DNA of 64,000 bases from Cyanophora paradoxa CCMP329 (taxonomy: Eukaryota; Plantae; Glaucophyta). Shown here one piece after another: positions 59,080 through 64,000 of the stretch (the first letter of the stretch is position 1; every line of letters starts with the position of its first letter). The position numbers and the translations under genes are program-made. Below the pieces are notes generated by a model. That model had not been told where the DNA came from, ran no database searches, and saw only the letters and a list, made by a program, of their open reading frames with translations. The stretch lies in NCBI GenBank assembly GCA_004431415.1, contig QPMI01000560.1:1-64000 (forward strand), given 5' to 3'.

Positions 59080-59390
59080 GTCCGTCGAGCCGCGCCGCCG
59101 CCCGCCGCGGCGCCGCCCCGCCCGTCGAGCCGCGCCGCCACCGGCTGCTCCGATCCTCCGCCCTGCCCAGAGCCGAGCCGCGCCGCCGCCCGCCGCGGCG
59201 CCGCCCCGCCCGTCGAGCCGCGCCGCCGCCGGCCGCTCCGATCCTCCGCACCGCCCAGAGCCGAGCCGCGCCGCCGCCCGCCGCGGCGCCGCCCCGCCCG
59301 TCGAGCCGCGCCGCCGCCGGCCGCCCGTCGAGCCGCGGCCCGCCCGCTGCTCATCCGCCGCGCTCGTCGAGCCGCGCCGCCCGCCCGGCA
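59080..59390. repeat. GC-rich tandem repeat (88-bp unit x2 plus partial units; core CCCGTCGAGCCGCGCCGCC)
   Basis: Core recurs at 59121, 59209 and 59297 (88-bp spacing). A related inverted motif GCGGCTCGCCGGGC is reiterated at 57250-57500. Confidence 0.85.
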
Positions 59391-60343
59391 GGCTGCCGAT
59401 TGCGTTACACAGTTTTCGCCACAGTGTATGGAATGTGTTACGCAACTCATGTGTGGCTTATGTGTGACTAAATGTAAGAGACTGCGTAACACAATGCATA
59501 TGCACACAGGCGCACCTTCAGAGGCAGTACACGGATCCGGAGACTGAAACGGGCTCCTCCCGCGGCGTCGCTTCCCCTCGGCGGCGTTGCCAGCCGTCGG
59601 TCCTTCTTGCCTTTGTCCTTCGGCTCCGTGCCAAGGCTGCGCGCGACGATAGACAACACGTCTGGGCTCGAAGCGCTAGCGGGCGCGGCGTCGCGGCGGC
59701 GCTCAAGCTCGTGGCCTGGGCGGCGCCTTCTTGTTCGAGCTGCTGCAGCTGCTGCTTCAAGAAGGCACGTTGTCCGCCTCCGGCTCCGCGGCTCCTCGCT
59801 TCGTCACGAAGTAGATCTAGAAGCACCGGCGCATGTGCGCGATGCTTGCACCGGCGCATGCGCGCGATGCTCTGCCTCGTTAAAAGTCTACACAGTCGAC
59901 CAAAACCTTCACATCAGCTGCGCGCCGGCTCCATCGATCGTGCATGCTTGCACTTGCACTTGCACTGTCGACGCTGCCCTCCTTCCTGCCGCGCGTCGAC
60001 GTCTGGCTTCTAGATCTTGCCCATCGTGCGATCGCCCCGGCCGTACGCGTACGAGCTCTAGCTATAGCTATAGGGATCGACTGCGCTCTAGCTAGCTGTA
60101 TCCTGGCGTAACGCAATCCCCCTCTTTGTGTCGGGCTACGCATTTACTCGAAGATGGATCAAAAACGCGGACCAAAAAAATTTGATTTTTTTTTGTTTTT
60201 TTAAGATCTACGGTGGGCGTGCCCACTCGTAGTACACAACGTGGTCCACTACAGTGGCGTCGCTGCGGCGAAAGGCTTGAGTCGACTCTGGCCGCTTGAG
60301 GCTTCGCAGCGGCGAAAGCAGTGCATGGGGTACAGGCGCAGCG

Positions 60344-61613
60344 ATGCCGTACTTCGTCCCGTCGCTCCCCGCCGCGCCGTCCTTCTCCGGCGACACGCTC
60401 GTGTTGGTGCGCAATGAAAAGCGCGGAAACTGGCTGACGCGGAGGGCTGACCGCGCGTGCAGCCCGCCGCAGGAAGCGGGAATGCAGCCCAGCTCGCCTT
60501 GGATTTGCTTGTATCAACGCTCAAGATGCAGCGCGTCGGTATCCTCGACGACGAACACGTGATTTCGGTCGCTGGCTACGATGCCTTCGCCGGCGCACCG
60601 CAGAGCCGGCGCCTCGCGCTGAGCCTTGAGGGTGCGTACGCGCTAATGTGCTCTGTGTAAGCCCGCGCTGTCCTCATTCGTTGCGCCTCCAGTGTTCCGC
60701 GACGCAGGCCGCAAGTTGACCGTCCTCATGCAGCGCGCTCCGGTCGTCAAGGTGAGGCGCACGGCCGTTCGCGCGTGAGAGATTCACGAGCCGTTGAACG
60801 CAGGGGCGGTGCGCGGCCTTCGCGAAGAACGTGTTCGATTGGGCGACGTCCGCGGGGTTCGCTCATGTCGTGGAGCTCGTGTGCCTGGACGCCGGCCGCC
60901 GCATCGACAGCCAGCTCTTCGGGTACGCACGCTCTGCTGCGCGGCCGCAGATGCCGTTCCGACCGCGCCCACGCGCGCAGGCGGCAGGTGCGGTACCTGG
61001 TGAACGAGCACGCGTCGGAGGCAGCGAAGCAGAAGCTCTGGGCCCTCGCCATACCGCCCCTGGAGCGTCTCGCGCCGGAGGGGGAGCGGGACGCGTCCGG
61101 GGAGCCGGGCATGAAGAAGGTGGCCAGGGACCACCTGGAGCGCGGGGAGCCCTGCGAGTACATGCGCGACGGGGCTCTTTCGAGGGCCCTCTACGATGCC
61201 GCCTCCGAGGCCAAGGTGCGCTGCGCGTCCATGGCCAGCGGCCCGCTGCGCAGTCATCCTTGACTTAGCGGTCCGCTCTGATTCCTTCCGAAACGCAGCT
61301 GTCCCTCTCCGTGCTCCTGGTGTTCACGCAAGGTAACAGAATGACCCGAATGCCCCATGGCTGCGGCCTTGGCAGCTGACGGCGGCGCAGGGGACAGCAT
61401 AACGGAGAGCCAGATCTTTCTGGAGATCATCGACTCCCTCCTGCAGATCTCCCCCGCGCAGGAGGAAGGCCGCGGTGCGTCGCACATCGCCCCCCGCTTC
61501 GCGCGCCAATCGCGCGTGCAGGCTGACCTCTCGCCCGCACAGCGAAGTGGCAGGCGCCGGAGAGCTGGAAGTTCATGTGGGGAGGCCCTGTCGAGCAGTC
61601 CCTGTACTGCTAG
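60344..61613 (+). CDS. PSMG2: Proteasome assembly chaperone 2
   Basis: TLVL|PAAGSGNAAQLALDLLVSTL..VGILD..LALSLE|..LTVLMQRAPVVK|GRCAAFAKNV..RRIDSQL, VLLVFTQGDS, KWQAPESWKFMWG..LYC*. Confidence 0.9.
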
Positions 61614-61868
61614 ACCGACAGCGCCGCGGCAGCTTAGGCAGGATTCAAAACTGTATATTTTACAAAACTGCAGGCGTCTACTGGATCCGGAGTCGCGCTC
61701 GCGCTGCATGCCTTAGAGCGCCCTTAATTGGCTCAGCTGCCGGGGCCAGCCGGGGGCCGACGCGGAGGCGCCGCTCGAGCGCAGGCTCCCTCAAGTGCTG
61801 TTGAACGTCGAGCGGGGCGGGGGCATGTCGACCTTGGGCGGCCGCGGCTCGGCTGCGCGACGCAGCGG

Positions 61869-62358
61869 TCAGCATGAACTTGGCGCAAGGCGGAAGGCGC
61901 GGACCAGCGTGGGGAAAAGTTCGATTCGCGAATTCCTCTGCACGCAGGCCCCGCGATCGGAATCACGCAGGCCCCGCGATCGACAGCTGCTAGGGCTAGT
62001 CCAGATGTCGTTGGTCGTGTCTGAAATGCACGCAGGCTTGAGCTCGAGGTGCGTGGCAGTACGTGCGCACCCTCGTTCTCGGGCGCTTCGGCTTCTCTAG
62101 CGGCCTTCAAGATCTCTACAATGTTGTCGCGGTTCGCGGGGCCTGCGGGCGATGCAGGTGAGCGCAAGAAGGACGACCGTGGAACTCGCGCGCACCCGGA
62201 ATGTCCGGAATCGCGCGCTCGGTCGTCGGGGCGCGCTCGGTCGGGATGGCGCGTTCAGGCGCCTCCCCGCTCCAACGCGGCACGCCCGCCGCGAAGAATC
62301 CGATGCCGCGAGAACCGGCGACGCTGGAGCGCGCGGAGCAGAAGGCAGCACGAAGCAT
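61869..62358 (-). CDS. Small hypothetical protein with mitochondrial-like presequence
   Basis: ATG 62358 MLRAAFCSARSSVAGSRGIGFFAAG. Two GT-AG introns join ..PDIP|GPANRDNIVEILKAAREAEAPENE|DTTNDIWTS.. in frame. Confidence 0.45.
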
Positions 62359-63118
62359 CTTGAGCAGAGCAGCGGCGACGAGTGCACCCGCGATGCGTTG
62401 CGCAGCTCCTTCCCCGACAGAGGCCGCGCTCAGGTACGCGCATGCGCAGCGCGCGCGCACGCGATCGAGCTTGTTTAAATTCAAGCTTGCCTCTTTTTAA
62501 AGCTTCGGGCGCTCGCGGTCGAGCGCCGACGTCGCGCGCGCAGGGGTTCCGTATGGATCTACACGCGCCCCGCTCTGGCAGGCCACCCAATCCCTCTGTG
62601 CGCTCTTCGGCGAGCAGCACTCACATTGGGCACCAGTGCGCTACCTTCGATTTCGATTTCGATTTCGTATGTTTTCTATAATTAATTTGATTTCGCGCGC
62701 GCGGCGTCGCGCAGGCGATCCGCACGGATTGCGATGGCCCCAGTACCCCAGCTTCGATCCGACGCGGCGCGATGCGGCTCCACCTTACGCACCTTCGGGA
62801 GCGGGGGAGGCCCGGTACCGGTCTCCCGGTCCGGGGCTCGTTGGGGTTCCGGCCCCCTCGGGCAGCATTCCTCTCCCTTAGGGCCAGTCCGTGGCGGGAA
62901 CGGGCGAGCCTCCGGGCACGGCCCGCACCTTTGATCCTATGATCTTAAGCCCGTAGGGTAAGTAGACCTAGGGTTTCGATCTCGAGCTTCGGTATTCGAT
63001 TTCGATTTTCGACGTCACTTGCCTATCTGACCGAGCCCATGGATTCGACCGGCGGCCCACTGCTAGCCAGACAGCTACCAGGGCTAGTCCAGATATCGTT
63101 GGTCGTGTCTGAAATGCA
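61982..63118. repeat. 49-bp direct repeat (61982-62030 and 63070-63118), 3 mismatches
   Basis: GACAGCTGCTAGGGCTAGTCCAGATGTCGTTGGTCGTGTCTGAAATGCA vs GACAGCTACCAGGGCTAGTCCAGATATCGTTGGTCGTGTCTGAAATGCA. Confidence 0.9.
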
Positions 63119-63230
63119 GACGAGAAGAGGGAGAAGAGAAGCGAGGCCTAGGGGGGAGAGAATCCGGGGATTCAAGCGGCGAGGGAGATCTAGAGGGAGA
63201 GGCGATGAGACGGGAGGGGGGAGTCATAGT

Positions 63231-64000
63231 CTAAGAGCAGTGCGCCTGCACGAAGGACGCAATGCGCTGGAGGACCGCCGCGTCGGCGTCCTCCTGTGTG
63301 GTCCCGCGCGCCTTGAGCTCCCGCTTGCTGACGACGAGGGAGTGGTCGCCCTGCTCGACCGCGAGCACCTCCGCCGGCACGCCCCGCCCCCTCATCTTCT
63401 CCACCGCCTCCCGCAGCTTCTCCATCGGCGACATCGCGTCCCGCGTCCCTGCAGGCCAAGACCTCAGAAGCAGGGGCTGGGCGGGGGCCGAGCGTGGGCG
63501 GGAGGGGCAAGAGGGGGAGGGGAAAGGGCGGGGTAGATAGGGTAGGCGGGAAGAAGTGCGGACCCTGGACGAAAAGAGTTGGGTGCTGGACGCTCTGCAG
63601 TACCTCGTCCCGAAGCTTCCCATTCGCGCCCTAGCAGGGAGGCCGTCTGAGCCGCGTTCGGCTAGTGCGGGGTTCAACGCATGTGGCTCACTTTGAGGGG
63701 GTAGCCCAGCGCGATGACGCAGCGAACGCGCTGCCGAAGGTGCCCCTCCAGCTCGGCAGAGAGGTGGCAGCTGGCGCGGGACCCCATCGACTTGCCGATA
63801 AGGACTATGCCGCCAGGTGACGCATTCGCGACCCGCTCCAGCTCCTCCCTGCTCGAGGGAGTTTAGCGAGCGGTGGCCGCTGTTGATCACGTTGAGAGCT
63901 CGAGGGCGCGCGCTGACCTGTGCTGCTGGACGAGCTTTGGCATCGGAGCGGGCGCGCCGCGCTTGCCCCCGGCAAGGTAATGGTAGTCGAACGCGTGCAC
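63231..64000 (-). CDS. Alpha/beta hydrolase, KANSL3/TEX30-like family (5' part outside the window)
   Basis: FDYHYLAGGKRGAP, nucleophile elbow LIGKSMGSR, CVIALGYPLK, LRDEVL..PTLFVQGTRD, EQGDHSL (Ser-Asp-His triad); ends ASFVQAHCS*. Confidence 0.88.
   Translation of the reverse strand, partial: ARVRLPLPCRGQARRARSDAKARPAAQVSARPRALNVINSGHRSLNSLEQGGAGAGRECVTWRHSPYRQVDGVPRQLPPLCRAGGAPSAARSLRHRAGLPPQSEPHALNPALAERGSDGLPARARMGSFGTRYCRASSTQLFSSRVRTSSRLPYLPRPFPSPSCPSRPRSAPAQPLLLRSWPAGTRDAMSPMEKLREAVEKMRGRGVPAEVLAVEQGDHSLVVSKRELKARGTTQEDADAAVLQRIASFVQAHCS

Larger units (their letters stand above)
55728..60253. mobile_element. Non-autonomous TIR DNA transposon, 4,526 bp, TGT...ACA termini, 4-bp TSD (GTGG)
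   Basis: TIR TGTAGTGGACCA (55728-55739) / TGGTCCACTACA (60242-60253). GTGG at 55724-55727 and 60254-60257. Perfect 73-bp subterminal inverted repeat 55756-55828 / 60114-60186. No transposase ORF seen. Confidence 0.9.

Noticed and set aside
57250-59390. Regularly spaced repeats as a possible CRISPR array
   Set aside because: No unique spacers, degenerate GC-rich units, no cas genes and a eukaryotic context.
55728-60253. CACTA classification because CACTA/TAGTG occurs in the TIRs
   Set aside because: The motif orientation is reversed (TAGTG left, CACTA right) and the TSD is 4 bp, not 2-3 bp.
1-64000. tRNA, rRNA or snoRNA genes
   Set aside because: None recognisable by eye; tRNAscan-SE and Infernal would be needed to exclude small RNAs.

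Overview
Gene-dense, very GC-rich eukaryotic nuclear DNA. It has about 24 genes split by short spliceosomal introns (mostly 45-95 nt, CTGAC/CTCAC branch points, many GC-AG). The long raw ORFs are mostly GC artefacts, so I rebuilt gene models by eye from conserved motifs and splice sites. A cyanobacterial-type methyltransferase with a Phe-initiated transit peptide suggests a primary-plastid alga, possibly a glaucophyte such as Cyanophora (inference only). Recognisable genes: an acylated diflavin reductase, PET100, APC8/CDC23, SPT20, a tandem beta-barrel repeat protein, a deaminase-RibD_C-RibD_C-like triple fusion, TAP42, HIG1/RCF1, a formin, two kinesins in an inverted duplication, two F-box/LRR paralogs, a plastid SAM methyltransferase, a GNAT, a PEBP, a TBC Rab-GAP, an atypical coiled-coil kinase, PSMG2 and a partial KANSL3/TEX30-like hydrolase. 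Highlights: (1) a 4,526-bp non-autonomous TGT...ACA transposon with a 4-bp TSD, a perfect 73-bp subterminal inverted repeat and a captured intron-containing TlyA fragment; (2) the three-domain deaminase/reductase fusion, whose Zn-binding Cys depends on a GC splice donor; (3) almost strictly alternating gene orientation with very tight head-to-head pairs, including two possible start codons in one CATG palindrome; (4) the inverted kinesin pair with near-identical motor regions. Single-base frameshifts in G/C runs are probably assembly errors, and exon boundaries are approximate unless stated.
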